Shown here: positions 12,573 to 26,258 of the stretch, piece after piece
How the letters are laid out: each line of letters opens with the position of its first letter
How positions within the stretch are numbered: the stretch's first letter is position 1
Assembly (NCBI GenBank): GCA_951406725.2
Contig: OX597820.1
Location: 2,728,001-2,792,000 of the forward strand
DNA: 64,000 nt
Reading direction: 5' to 3'
From: Octopus vulgaris
Taxonomy: Eukaryota
The notes under the pieces: generated by a model
The model's input: only the letters and a program-made list of their open reading frames with translations
Told to the model about the DNA's origin: nothing
The model's database searches: none
Translations under genes and position numbers: made by a program

Positions 12573-14024
12573 CATTTATATTTATTTAATTAGAAGTTAC
12601 AGAGTGACTCAAAAGCCAAGAGTTTCGTGTGTTGGCTTCCCTGGATTAAATAAAGAAAAAAATCTGAATTACTTTTTTTTTTATTTGTTTCAGTCATTTG
12701 ACTGCAGCCATACTGGAGCACCACCCTTAGTCGAACAAATCGACCCCATGACTTATTCTTTGTTAGCTTAGTATTTATTCTATTGGTCTCTTTTTGCTGA
12801 ACTGTTAAGTTATAGGGACGTGAACACACCAACATCGGTTGTCAAACAGACAGGCACACACACATATGATGGGCTTCTTTCAGTTTCCATCTACCAAATC
12901 CACTCACAAGGCTTTGGTTGGCCCGCGGCTATAGTAGAAGACACTTGCCCAAGGTGCTACGTAGTGGGACTGAACCCAGAACCATGTGATTGGTAAGCAA
13001 GCTACTTACCACACAGCCACTCCTGTGTCTTTTCATACAATCAATTTAAAACCTCTTTTTTTTTTTATTGGTTTCAGTCACTAAACTTTGAAGGTGGTGC
13101 CCAAGCTGGAGCAGCCCCATCAAAAACTTTTAGTTGATCATATAAAGCCCCAGTGGTCCTTATCAAACCAAAAGCCAGAGTTTCACATGACAGGTTTCTG
13201 CACAATTTCCAAAGCTACTGTAAAAGATCTGTTGCCCAAGGTACCGTATGGCAGGATTGAACCTAGAACCATGAGGCTGCAGAGTGAACTTTTTAACCAC
13301 AGAGCTATGTTTATCTCCAAAAGGGAAGAAAACTGGTGATAATGAAAACTAAGTGAAATGACAGGAGGCAGAGGAGCGGTAAAAGGCTGAGCAGTGCAAA
13401 GGTTTTTAGAAGAGAAATTAAGAAAATTTATTGTGCTTTTCAAAAAGGTTTTGCCACCAGCATAACTGACCTAGTTAAGTTAGAGTTAACATAATTAACA
13501 GAGTAGCATGGACAATCTAATTAGACAAAAATAATTATGCAGTGAGGAAAAGGTGGTGTTAATTCAATGACTAATATTATCTTAATTATTTGAACAAGAG
13601 CTGAAGGACAGAGGTAATGAGGTTTAAACCATTAGTGAACAGGTCTAAGCTATATAACAGGGGTCCTCGGAGGGTTTCTGCCTCCCTTATGCCCAGTTGT
13701 GTTAGGTGTACACCTCATGAAGTATACAGTGTAAAATTGTTGAACACCACAGAAAGACAATAAATGTGTGGTAAGTAGCTTGCTTACCAACCACATGGTC
13801 CCGGGTTCAGTCCCACTGCATGCCATTTTGGGCAAGTGCCTTCTACTATAGCCTTGGGCCGACCAAAGCCTTCTGAGTGGATTTGGTAGACGGAAACTGG
13901 AAGAAGCCCGTCGTATATATGTATATATATGTATGTATATGTCTGTCCCCCTGAACATCGCTTGACAACCAATATAACAGGGGTCCTCTTTCTACAGCCA
14001 TTATCATCCACATAAAACCTAGAC

Positions 14025-14233
14025 CAGTGATTTTCAATCTTTCTAATATCCAGGGGCCAGATCCCAAACCTGGATTTGTTTAGGGGACACACTAAAAAAA
14101 AAAAAAAAAAAAGGGAAATACCAATCAATTGAAGAAAAATTTATTATATTTATAGAGAGAAGACGATCAGGGGTCTCTGGAAGGATACTTGAGGGCTGCA
14201 TGCAGACCTGGGAGCAGCAGTTGAGAACCGTTG
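14025..14233. mobile_element. hAT (Charlie/MER5-like) MITE
   Basis: Termini CAGTGATTTTCAA ... TTGAGAACCGTTG with an 8-bp TSD, ACCTAGAC/ACCTAGAT. A related copy at ~22088-22622 is interrupted by an RTE tail. Confidence 0.7.
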
Positions 14234-15487
14234 ACCTAGATACATGCTAAACCTCAATGGCCAGAGACCTTGAGAGTATCTTCCAAGGGGCCATACCAAT
14301 CTTGTCTCTTAGCAGCAAAAAGAACTCAAGCCTTAATTCATATCAAGAAAACAACCCATCATTTCTAAATACAGAGGGTACTCAGTTAAGGACTTCATGG
14401 TTACTCCAGATGCTGGGCCTACTATCACTGGGGAGCTGGCAGAATCATTAGCATGCCAGGCGAAATGCTTAGCGATATTTCGCCTGCAATTACATTCTGA
14501 GTTCACATTGAGTGTGGTCGTTGCCAGAACCGCCTGACTGGCACTCGTGCCGGTGGCACACAAAAAGCACCTACTACACTGGTGTTAGGAAGGGCATCCA
14601 GTTGTAGAAACATTGCCAGATCAGATTGGAGCTTGGTGCAGCCACTGGCTCTCCGTCCAACCCATGCCAGCATGGTAAAGGGACATTAAACGATGATGAT
14701 TATCCAACCTCCTACACTGCTCCAACTACCAGTGACATCAGCAAAACCTCCTGACTTAAAAAACAAATCACATAGCAATGGTACCTTAAGAAAAGAACAC
14801 AAACTGCTGACTGGTTGGGTAGCTGTCACACCCACGCTTTTCAGTCTCTACCTGTACAACCTCCATTCACTCTCACACAAATCTGCACAAAGCCTTACAT
14901 GCAGTAGGCGTCCTCCCACCATGCCTCAATCGCTAAGCCTAACCAACCACCTAGAAACCTATCTCCAAACAAATAAAGTAAGAAGTACTCCTACCAGTTA
15001 CACCAGAGAATGTCAAACAACAACAACCATCATCATCATCAAACAGGAGACAAAAAAAAAGAAGAAAAACACCAGCAACTCTTCTCCTACGTTTGTAGTT
15101 GAGAGGAAACACAGAAGAAGAAGAAGAAGAAGAGAGTATAAAAAATGCAGAAATACCAGCAGCACTCTCTCAGGCATCCCACTTAAACTAACAGAAAAAA
15201 AGCAACTACCATCTTACGACGGAAAAATAGTTTAGATCTTGAACATTTTTCCATAAGTAATAACAAAAACAAAAAAAACCCTTTTATTCCTGCATTTGTT
15301 TCAGTCATTTGACTGTGGCCACGCTGGAGCGTCACCTTTAGTCAAACAAATTCACCATAGGATTTATTCTCTTTTGACGAACTGCTAGGTTACAGGGATG
15401 TAAACACACCAACATCGGTTGTCAAGTGATGATGAGGTGGGGGGGACAAACACACACTATATATATATATATATATATATATAAACG

Positions 15488-15653
15488 CAGGGTGGCTGTG
15501 TGGTAAGTAGCTTGTTTACCAAACACATGGTTCCGGGTTCAGTCCCACTGCGAGGCATCTTGGGCAAGTGTTTTCTACTACAGCCTTGGACCGACCAATG
15601 CCTTGTGAGTAGATTTGGTAAACGGAAACTGAAAGAAGCCTGTCGTATATATG

Positions 15654-15686
<33 letters not shown>

Positions 15687-15895
15687 ATGTATATGTTTGT
15701 GTGTCTGTGTTTTCTCCCTAGCATTGCTTGACAACCAATGCTGGTGTGTTTACGTCCCCGTCACTTAGCGGTTCGGCAAAAGAGACCGATAGAATAAGTA
15801 CTGAGCTTACAAAGAATAAGTCCCGGGGTCAATTTGCTCGAGTAAAGGCGGTGCTCCAGCATGGCCGCAGTCAAATGACTGAAACAAGTAAAAGA
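15488..15895 (+). mobile_element. Abundant ~400-bp tRNA-derived SINE (octopus OR/OK-SINE-like); other copies ~5593-5950(+), 6017-6352(-), 8460-8845(-), 9557-9905(+), 12685-13025(-), 18415-18790(+), 22635-22995(-), 26630-26965(+), 58618-59002(-)
   Basis: Shared head ggctgtgtggtaagtagcttg...gggttcagtccc (degenerate A/B boxes), an internal TA/TG microsatellite, and tail ...ccagcatggccgcagtcaaatgactgaaacaagtaaaag. Confidence 0.85.
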
Positions 15896-18800
15896 ATATA
15901 TTTATTCTTTCAGTTTCTGTCTATCAAATCCATTTCACAAGGCTTTGGTTGGGCCGAGACTATAGAAGACACCTGGGACCATGTGGTTGGTAAACACACA
16001 GTCATGCCTGCATCTAGTGTACTTTGCATAAAAAAACTAGTTGCTGTATGGACTTTACCTGCCTGTTGAAAGACCAAATGGAGAACATGTGAGTGAGTTT
16101 GTGGCAATCATGACTGTAGTCCTAACAGCACTGGATGTGTTTGCATGGTGAATCCTCTCTGAATAACATCCAGAACATTAAAGATAACACTGACTGGCGC
16201 TTGTGCCAGTGGCACATAAAAAGCAATATCTGAACATGATCGATGATTGGCGCCTTTGGCAGTGGCACGTAAAAAGCACCCACTACACTCTCAGAGTGGT
16301 TGGCATTACGAAGAGCATCTAGCTGTAGAAACATTGCCAGATCAGACTGGACCCCGGTGCAGCAGCTGGTTCTCCAGACCTCAGTCACACCGTCCAACCC
16401 ATGCCAGCATGGAAAACGGACGTTAACCGATGATAATGACGACTGTATAATCATATACACCCAGTTCAGACAAACACAAAAAGTAGAAAGATAAAGATAA
16501 CATAATCATCAGTAATCTCGTTAATCTTCAAATCCTAAATCCGCCAGTCATCACTCACAAACAGGTCAGTTGTGGCTCAGCAACATGTACCATGCTGTTG
16601 GTAATCGTCTGAGGTACCTTTGGAAATTGCTTGAGGTACCTATACAGTACAGAGCAGATACAGACACTCACTTGGCTGCCAACCAATTCACATGTGGAGC
16701 TAATGAAACAGCCCCAAAATGTGACACCTGGAGGAAGACGGGGGTTGGGGGGGGGGCTGCATCAGAAACTGGCTGAGATTCATTTACAGTTGAGTAGACT
16801 GAGGTATTGTGAAATTAAGTACCTTGCTCAACGATATAATGAGCCGGTTGGACTAAAGGCTAAACCGTGATCAGAGGATCAAGTGCTGAACATCTGAACC
16901 CATTATCTGCTAATTTCTATTCGTTTTAGCCATTAGACTGTGGCCATGCTGGGGTACTGCCTTGAAGAATGTTTTAGTCGAATGAATTGACCCCAGGACT
17001 TAGCTACCAAATCCACTCACAAGGATTTGGTTAGTTTGAGGCTGTAGTAGAAGACACTTACCCAAGGTGTCATGCAGTGGGACTGAACCCAGAACCATGT
17101 GGTTGGGAAGCAAACTTCTCAACCACACAGCCATGCCTGGTCACACCCTCAAATTTTAGAACAGCATTTGTTGTCCTTGCATTAAGTTCACCCACAATGT
17201 CGACCTGAACAGTCAGTTCCATCAGAACCCAAAGGAAAGCCAACAAGGAAGTATTTACATGGTTGCTTAACCTGCTAGAAATAACAGCTAAGTTTCCTGC
17301 AAATCACATCCCAATGTTTAAAAAAACAAAACTGTTGGATAATATAGTCTTTGATCAATCACTGGTCATCCTTATAATCTTTACATTCATTTTTCCATGC
17401 TTGCATGGGTCGGATGGAATGTCTACAGCTGAAAGCCCTGACTGTTGCCCACCCTCAGCTGTTTCCAAGGAAGGTAATATTTCCCCCATGGGCCAGACAG
17501 ACATGTTTCCACAGAAGATGGGCAACGAAGGACACTGCTGATATGATGGAGATACTCATGTAATATCAAGACGAGGACACACCAACTCCACACGCGGATG
17601 CCTGCACTTACAGCTGTGCCACAGAACCTCACAAAACCAGACACCAATATTCAAGCATCGTCTAAGCCTAAATAGGTGACATCAACATCATCATTTAACA
17701 TCTGCTTTCCATGCTGGCATGGGTTAGATGGGTTGACTGGAGATGACAAACTGGAAAGTTGTACCAGGCTCCAGTCTGCTTTGGCTTGGTTTCTATGGCT
17801 GGATGCCCTTCCTCATGCCAACCACTCTACAGAGTGCACTGGGTGCCTTTTAAGGGTCACTAACACAGGTGCCTTTTACCTATGAAGAAAACCAAACAGT
17901 ATCCAAGTAAGCAATCCCCACAGACTATATACACACATATATAAACAAGATTTTTTCAGCTTCCAGCCATCAAATCCACTCCCAAGACTCTGGTCATCCT
18001 GGGGCTGTAGTAAGACATTTGTCTATGGTACCACACAGTGGAACTGAACCTGGAACTAAGGGATTGGAAAGCAAGCTTCTTAACCACGCAGCCATAGCAC
18101 CAAATAACAACAACAACAAAATGCAGCCAATGCAGATTGCCAAACTGCATCTGTAGAAGTAGGCAAAGGAATGGCAGATCTGTGAGACTGGATCTGTAAG
18201 ATACACCACAGCATTTGCTAACTTGGATTAATCAACAACAGACCAAACCAGTTTGGTTTTCTTCTTAAAAGAACTTTATTAAAAGAATCATAAAACATGC
18301 AATGATGAAATTTCATTATAAATCTATAAATAAACACACAAGTTACTCATTTATTTCATAATTAGCAGCAGCTGGTTCTAAGTTATTCATACTGCAGACT
18401 GTGAATATTCTAAGGCATGACTGAGTGGTAAAGAAGTTTGCTTTGCAACTCTGTGGTTTGGGGTTCACTCCCACTGTGTGGCACCTAGAGCAAGAGTCTA
18501 TCAAAACCCTGGGCCGACCAATGCTTTGAGAGTGAATTTCGTAGACAGAAACTTTGTGGAAGCTAATCATAAGTGTCTTTGAATGTATGTCTGTGTGTCT
18601 GTCTCCCTCACCACTTGACACCTGGTGTTGGTTTGTTTGTGTCCCTCTAAATCTTAACACTTTGGCAAAAACAGACAAGTACCAGACTTAAGTGAAAAAA
18701 AATTAGTACTGGGGTTAATTTGTTTAACAAAACCCCTTCAAGGTGGTGCTCCAGCATGGCTGCAGTCCAATGACTAAAACAAGTGAAAGAACTGACCGAT

Positions 18801-21800
18801 TCTAGATTCTTTATAAGGTTTGCCAAACACAACAATTAAGGACAACTTTAAAGAAGAGAATCAATATTACAGATTTAGCTTAATTGCACTCACTCACTCT
18901 CACTCTCTCACACACTCACTCTCAGTTTCTCTCACTCTCTCTCTCACTCACTCACTCACTCTCAGTTTCTCTCACTCACAACCTCACTCTCACACTCACT
19001 CACACTCTCTCTCACATTCACACCCTCCCTCTCTCACACTCACTCACAAACATACTTGGCATAATAGATATATAAACCTTGAACAATGTCAAAAACAATG
19101 AAATTAGTCATGAAGAAATGTTAGATTTCCTTAAAAAAAGAAGAAAAAAAAAAGACAAAACAAAAACAAGCAGCAAAAGAAGCTGCCAATTCTAATTTTG
19201 GCATCTGACACTTAAAAAATTCTGTTGTTTTCTTCTTAGAAAAATTTTTTCTTGCAAAGCACAAATTCTTGTTACCTGTCTGAATATTATTCCCGACCAG
19301 TCACCCATTTGAAGTTATTCTGACAATAAATAAACATCTGCACTGGGGATCCAGTTCCATTTATTCTGATAAGTCTCAACTGAAGCAGGAGAGACAAGAG
19401 CAAATTTAAAAGGGGTTATTATACAAAGTCCCTTCATCCTACCCCACCTCAATAACACCTCACCTATTCTCACCACCCCCAATGTCCCTTGAGGGAAGGT
19501 TCAGACAGCCCCACCATCATTTCAATCACTTATCACTGTCTTTATCTCCAACTCATTTTTTTGGGTTTTCCAACTGGGGCAGCCATGTATCTACACTTCA
19601 GCAAGATCCTTATATTTCTCCACTGTAAACCTTAAATCTCGCAACTGGGACAAAGTTACCCCTGCTCACCCAGTCGAGAGGGGTTTTTTTGGGGGGGGGG
19701 GTCATACCAGGTACTTGGTGACCCTGTCAGTACTGGTGCTACACAAAAAGCACTGGCGTGGGTGCCACGTAAAAGACATCCAGTCCACTCTGTAAAGTGG
19801 TTGGCATTCGGAAGGGCATCCAGCTGTAGAAGCCATGCCAAAACAAACAATGGAATCTAGTGGGGCTCCTGGCCTTGCCAGCCCTTATCAATCCAACTAA
19901 CCCATACCAAGATGGGAAACAGACATTAACTGATGATGATGATGTAGTTAGCTTCTTTAATGTGACCTTCAAGACCCCAACCAAAGTCAAGAAATACCAG
20001 AAATATATTTCAGGTCTGACAATTACCCAGGGATGTCATCTGCACGGAAAATAAGTTAGTGCCACCACAGGATACTGGAGGTGAAAAAAAATTAATTAAT
20101 GATACTTATGTAGTGAGACTAACATCATCCTCATCATCATCTAATGTCCACTTGTCCATGCTTGCATGGGTTGGATGGAATTTTGAGGCAGATTTGCTAC
20201 AGCTGGATGCCCTTCCTGTCGACAACCCTCACCAACTTTTCAAGCAAGATTAATATTTCCTCGTGGCCAGACGGGTTTTGTGAAAAACTGGGAACAAATA
20301 TCACTGGTTTACAACTACCACATGATATCAAGACAAGGGCACACACACACACACACACACACATTATAGTAGGTGCTGCACAGTAGGATCGAACCCAAAA
20401 CCACATGGTTAGGAAGCAAGTTTCTTAAACACACAGCCAAGCCATAACTTTAACAAAATCCCTCCAAAAATAGAACCAGCTTTGGCTGTTTATTCTATTA
20501 ATGTTCTTTTTTTATCTTTTTTTTCTTTCGTTTCCTTGTTACTCTATAAATATATTCTTTTGCATAGCTTCCCATTTTAGAGAATAATGATCACAGCCAT
20601 GGCTGTTTGTCTTACATTCCAACACGTTCTTGTAACAAAAGTGTATAAACAAAGCGAAGCAGGTGAGCCAATACGGCATCGTTTTAAGTCTGCTTTTCCA
20701 TGTAGGCACAGGGAAATCATCATCATCATCATCATCATCGTTATAACATTCAATTTGCCATTCTTGCAATGGGTAGGTCAAGTCAGTTCTTTGGAATTAC
20801 TGCTCCACTCCCTAGAGATGGGTTGGGAGCCATATCTCACTTGTATGTCCATGTTTGGCATGCTTTCTACACAGTCATCATGGCACTCCATCATTTAGGA
20901 CGATGAGGAGGGTTCCAGTTGATCCGATCAACAGAACAGCGTGAAATTAATGTGCAAGTGGCTGAGCACTCCACAGACACGTGTACCCTTAATGTAGTTC
21001 TCAGAGAGATTCAGTGTGACACAGAGTGTGACACAGAGTGTGACAAGACTGGCCCCTTTGAAATATGGGGGCAACAGAAACAGGAAGAAAGAGCGAGAGA
21101 AAGTGGTGGTGAAAGAATACAACAGGGTTCGCTATCACCCCCTGCGGGCAGGAGGCTTGTGGAGCTTCAGGTGCTTTTCGCTCAGTAAACACTCACAACG
21201 CCCGGTCTGGGAATCGAAACCACGAGCCTGCTGCCCTAACCACCGGACCATTGCACTTCCACTCCACACAGTAGTATAGATAGAGGGGAGCAGTCCACTC
21301 CGAGCAGCACATTTGAGCCTGTATGAGGGAGCGGGGAGCTTCAGTAAATTCAAGGGTTGCTCTGAGCAAAATCTCGAGGTTACCTTGGTAAGTATATACT
21401 TTAACAAGGCCAGTTTCTAAAGGTTGATGTCCTTCCTACTGCACACTCGTTTACAGAGTGTACTGGATGTATTTTATCATGGCACCAACACCAGAGAGGT
21501 TGTCCTGTCCTTGGCAAAAATTAAACAGTTCTTTCTGCATTGTTCTATTTGTCAACCGCTTTACAGAGTGTACTTGGCACATTGTCAGTTATAAAGAGTG
21601 AAAAGTTTAACAGGAATTAAACAAACACAATAAAGCTAACGAACATCTGCAAATAAATTATCAACACGAAGATTATTCTTTCCTCATCATTCAACATCTG
21701 CTTTTCCATGCTTGCATGGGTTGGATGGAATTTGGTGAGGCAGATGTTCTACAGCTGGATGCCATTCCTGTCACCAACCTTTACTGGTTTCCCAGCAAGG

Positions 21801-24800
21801 TTATCCCCCCTTGCAAGGCATGTTTTCTTTTTTAAGGAAGACTGAAAATGAACAACCTCGCTTGTAGTTTGATGACGATGCTCATTTACAACCACCATCT
21901 GGTATCAAGACAATGGTACACACACACACGTGTGATGGGCTTCTTTCAGTTTCCATCAACCAAATTCACTCACGAGGAACTGGTCAGCTCAAGGACATAG
22001 TAGAAGACACTTGTCCAAAGTGCCAGGCAATGGAAGTAAATCCAAGACCACAGGATGGGGAAGGAAGCTTCTTAACCACACCTGTGCCAGTGATTCTCAA
22101 CCATCTTTTACCTGTGGCCAATGACAGTACTGCTTGATTGGCACTCGTGCCAGTGGAACTTTAAAGGCACCAACTGAGCATGATCGTTGCCAGGACCACG
22201 GACTGGCTCCCATGCCGGGGGCACATAAAAAGCACCATTCGAGCATGGTCGTTGCCAGTACCGCCTGACTGGCCCTTGTGCTGGTGGCACATATAAAGCA
22301 CCCACTACACACTCAGAGTGGTTGGTGTTAGGAAGGGCATCCAGCTGTAGAAACTCTGCCAGATCAGATTGGAGCCTACTGGCTCGCCAGTCCTCAAACC
22401 GTCCAGTCCATGCCAGAATGGAAAGCAGATGTTAAATGATGATGATGATGAACCCTTGGATTCCTATTCTATTCAGATTATATTTTTTTTACAATTAATT
22501 ATTATTAGGAATTGTATTCAAAAAATTATTTAAATATTTTCTGTATTAATCATGTATAATTAATTAATTGCAGATAAATTTCAACAGCAAAATTTTACAT
22601 GGACCTTGGTTGAGAACCACTGATATACACTATTCTTTTATTTGTTTCAGTCATTTGACTGCGGCCATTCTGGAGTACCGACTTTAGTCAAACAAATCGA
22701 CCCCAGGACTTATTCTTTGTAAGCCTAGTACTTATTCTATCGGTCTCTTTTTTGTCGAACTGCTAAGTTACGTGGATGTAAACATACCAGCATCGGTTGT
22801 CAAGTGATGTTAGGGGGGGGGCAAATACACATATATGATGGGCTTCTTTCAGTTTCCATCTACCAAATCCTCTCACAAGGCTTTGGATGACCCGAGACTA
22901 TAGTAGAAGACACTTGCCCAAGGTGGCACGCAGTGGGTCTGAACCCAGAACCATGTGGTTGGTTAAGCAAGATACTCACCACACAGCCACTCCTGCACCC
23001 TAAAAGATTCCTTTAAAATAAAATGGGTAGATTTTTGAGAATGAACAGAAGGGGATAAATTTGGAGTTAATACCCAGAAAACAACAGCTTTGAAAGAGGA
23101 CCCTTTTTTTTTAATCCACACAAAAACTGGCAAAGGGAGATTGCTTGCTCTCCACTAAACAACAACAGAATATTGGTAATGGTTTTAACTAATTAAGACA
23201 AAGGAAAAACAGCAACAATCTTGAACAACCTTAAGAAATTAATCACCACAAAGAATGTATCTAATTGGATAGGTTTTGTCTTCTTTACAATCGTGTTTTT
23301 AGATTATTTATGACTTTGATCATCATCATCATCATTTTGACATGTTTTCCATGCTGGCATGGGTTGGACAGTTTGACAGGAGCTGGAAACTCGGAGGGCT
23401 GCACTGACGCCCTTCCTAACATTAACCACTTGACAGAGTGTGTTGGGTACTTTTCATGTGGCACCAGCACCAGTGATTTTCAAGTGGCACCAGTGCAGGT
23501 GCTTTTTACATGGAGCCAAAGCACAATAATGAAATCAAGAGGTGTGGCTGTGTGGCAAGAAGTTTGCTTCCCAGCCACATGGTTTTGGGTTCAGACCCAC
23601 TGCATGGTACCTGGGGCAAATGACTTCAAAGTTTTCTGAGTGGATTTGAGAGACAGAAACTGAACGAAATGCGGGAATGTGAGAATGTGTACATTTACAT
23701 CTCCTCGTCGTAAATGAGTGTCACTGTTATACAAGCAGTATTGTTCATTTCCAATATTCTACGTAAACACGTTTGGCCCTGAGAGATATCACCTTACTTG
23801 GAAATGGGTGAGGATTGGCAACATGAAGGGCATTCAACAACAGAAAAGCTGCCTCAATAAACTTTCTCAGACATATGCAAGGGATGGAAAACCTTTCAAA
23901 AATTACAAAGGAGAAACTTGAATTCTCTAATGATAAACAAAATTCAAGAGTCTAAATATTCTTTGGTACAACGAAATGGAATCATTATCTACTTTTCCTT
24001 TCCTTACCAAACATAAATATGGAAGAACTCAATGTTTGGGGTTAAAGTAACTTTAGCTTTGCTTGTTAACTTCCATGTAAGAATATAGTATTGTATCACT
24101 TCAGGTTATCACATCAAGTAAAGAACAAACAATTAGGGACGAAATGTGTAATTAATACATCATTAAAATTAATTTACTCAGACATGCCATTAGCATGACA
24201 AAACAACAGTTAAGGTACAGTCGTTGTTAGACCTACAGATTGAGATCAAAACCCATTCTGACGGTCAAGATTTAAAGTAAAAAAGACATTAAAAAATGAT
24301 ACATTCTTATTACTGACAGCCAATTTGTTATTTAGTAAATAAACCATTACAGATGATTGGCAGACATTCCAAATAGCTATCACTTCCTCACGGAGAAAAG
24401 TGTCAGTAAATAATTGCCCAAAAAGGGTAAGGAAATGGAAGAAATGGAATATTAAAGAATTCAATGTTTTGGATGAATTCTTTCACAGAAGAAAACAATT
24501 ACCCAATTCCTTGCTCAATTTCTTTCTTCATGAATTAGTTAGTGATAGCTATTCTGAAAGTCCACCAATCAGTTATTACACCTGTCTTACAGGTGTAATA
24601 GTTTATTTAACTAATAGCCGTCAATAATAAACCGTTCTGCTACCATATTTCTGGCGAAATACACTGATTTTATTTCAGGAATTTTAAAAATAAATAATGA
24701 AGATTTTAGTAAAATAAATTTGTCGTTATGCTGTATTTGGAATATAAATTAACATGGAATTTTGGTGGAAGGCTTCAGATCACTTTAAAAGAGGGAACTG

Positions 24801-24991
24801 TTTGTATCATAGAGCTAGGGGCATTTTCAGGTGGGCTATGGCAATACTCATTTACAGTCATCACAAAATGCCAAGATAGAGGGACAAACACACACACATA
24901 CATATATACACACACACATACATACATACATACACACACACATACATACACACACACACATACATACATACACACACACACATACATACAT

Positions 24992-25028
<37 letters not shown>

Positions 25029-26220
25029 CTGCAAACTTATTTCAGTTTCTGTCAAACAAATCCATTCACAAGGCTATGGTAGAAAGCACTTAACCAAGGT
25101 GTCTCACAGTGGGACTGAACCTGAGACCACATGGTTGGAAAGCAAGGTCCTTAACCACACAACCAAGCCTGCATCTATAAGTCTTTAAAATGCTTATTCT
25201 TTTTGTTTTCCGAATTAAACTTAGCTTTGTGCTCCTTTATCCTTCTTTTAAGAAAACCATTACAAGGATAAGATTTTCCCTATCTTTGCTTGAAGGAAGA
25301 ACCACGAGAAGATGGCTGATCCTCACCCACAAGACCAAAGTACATTTTGAAAGATTAGTTTCTTAAATTTGTACATAAAATTGATCTTTCTGAAAAAGTT
25401 GGAAAACTCTCTTTAAACGAGTTCCTGTCTCCACTAACTTTTGAAGGTTTAACCGAAACTTTGTAACTCGTGTTTGTTTTAACTTTTGAAAATGAAAAGA
25501 AAAATTTTAACAAAAACCAAAAAAAAAAGAGAACTTGTAAATGTTCTCAAATGAATTATGTTATTTCATTTACATTGTAACAAACAATGAATAAATACTC
25601 GCAAAATGTTTTTTTTACCTATTTATAGAATATGTTTGTCTTATTTAACAAAACGTTAACAGCTGTTATTTACCAAGCAACCCCCTCCAAAAAAAAAAAA
25701 AACAGTCTTCACTGACGTGACATAATACTTAGACATTATTTTAGAAACCCCTTTACATCTGCCTAAAACACTCCCCTTTTGTTTGCTTGAATCCCCCTTC
25801 CCTCAAAAAAATAAAAGGGTTTTCATTTCCATCTGCCTCTACCCCCGCCTCCCTTACTTGCTTAACCTCTCTCAGCCCTTGCACACTACATGGGGCGCCA
25901 TTTCAGATAGTCAACAGATCTGATGCTATTGAATTCGACCATTCTCAAGGAGTTACGTAAATGGGAACGTTGAACAACATTATCATTACTTGCGAATGGT
26001 TCATGAAAAGATTGTAGGTTAGTTAGAGTATGGCAAGGTTTAGGGTTTTAAGGATTATAAAAAGGTTATAAACAAGCACAGCCATGGCTGTGTGATTAAC
26101 AAGATCACTTTGCAACCAAGAGGTTTCAGTCCCATACCTTGGATGTGAACTTGAAGGCCAGAAACTGTGTGGAAGCTTGTCATATATACATGTATATGCA
26201 TATGTATATACATGTATATG

Positions 26221-26258
<38 letters not shown>

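Noticed and set aside
14693-15235. 180-aa ORF (and the 167-aa ORF at 11920-12423)
   Set aside because: Both run through simple repeats or TE sequence, lie antisense within the MTPN intron, and show no recognisable domain.
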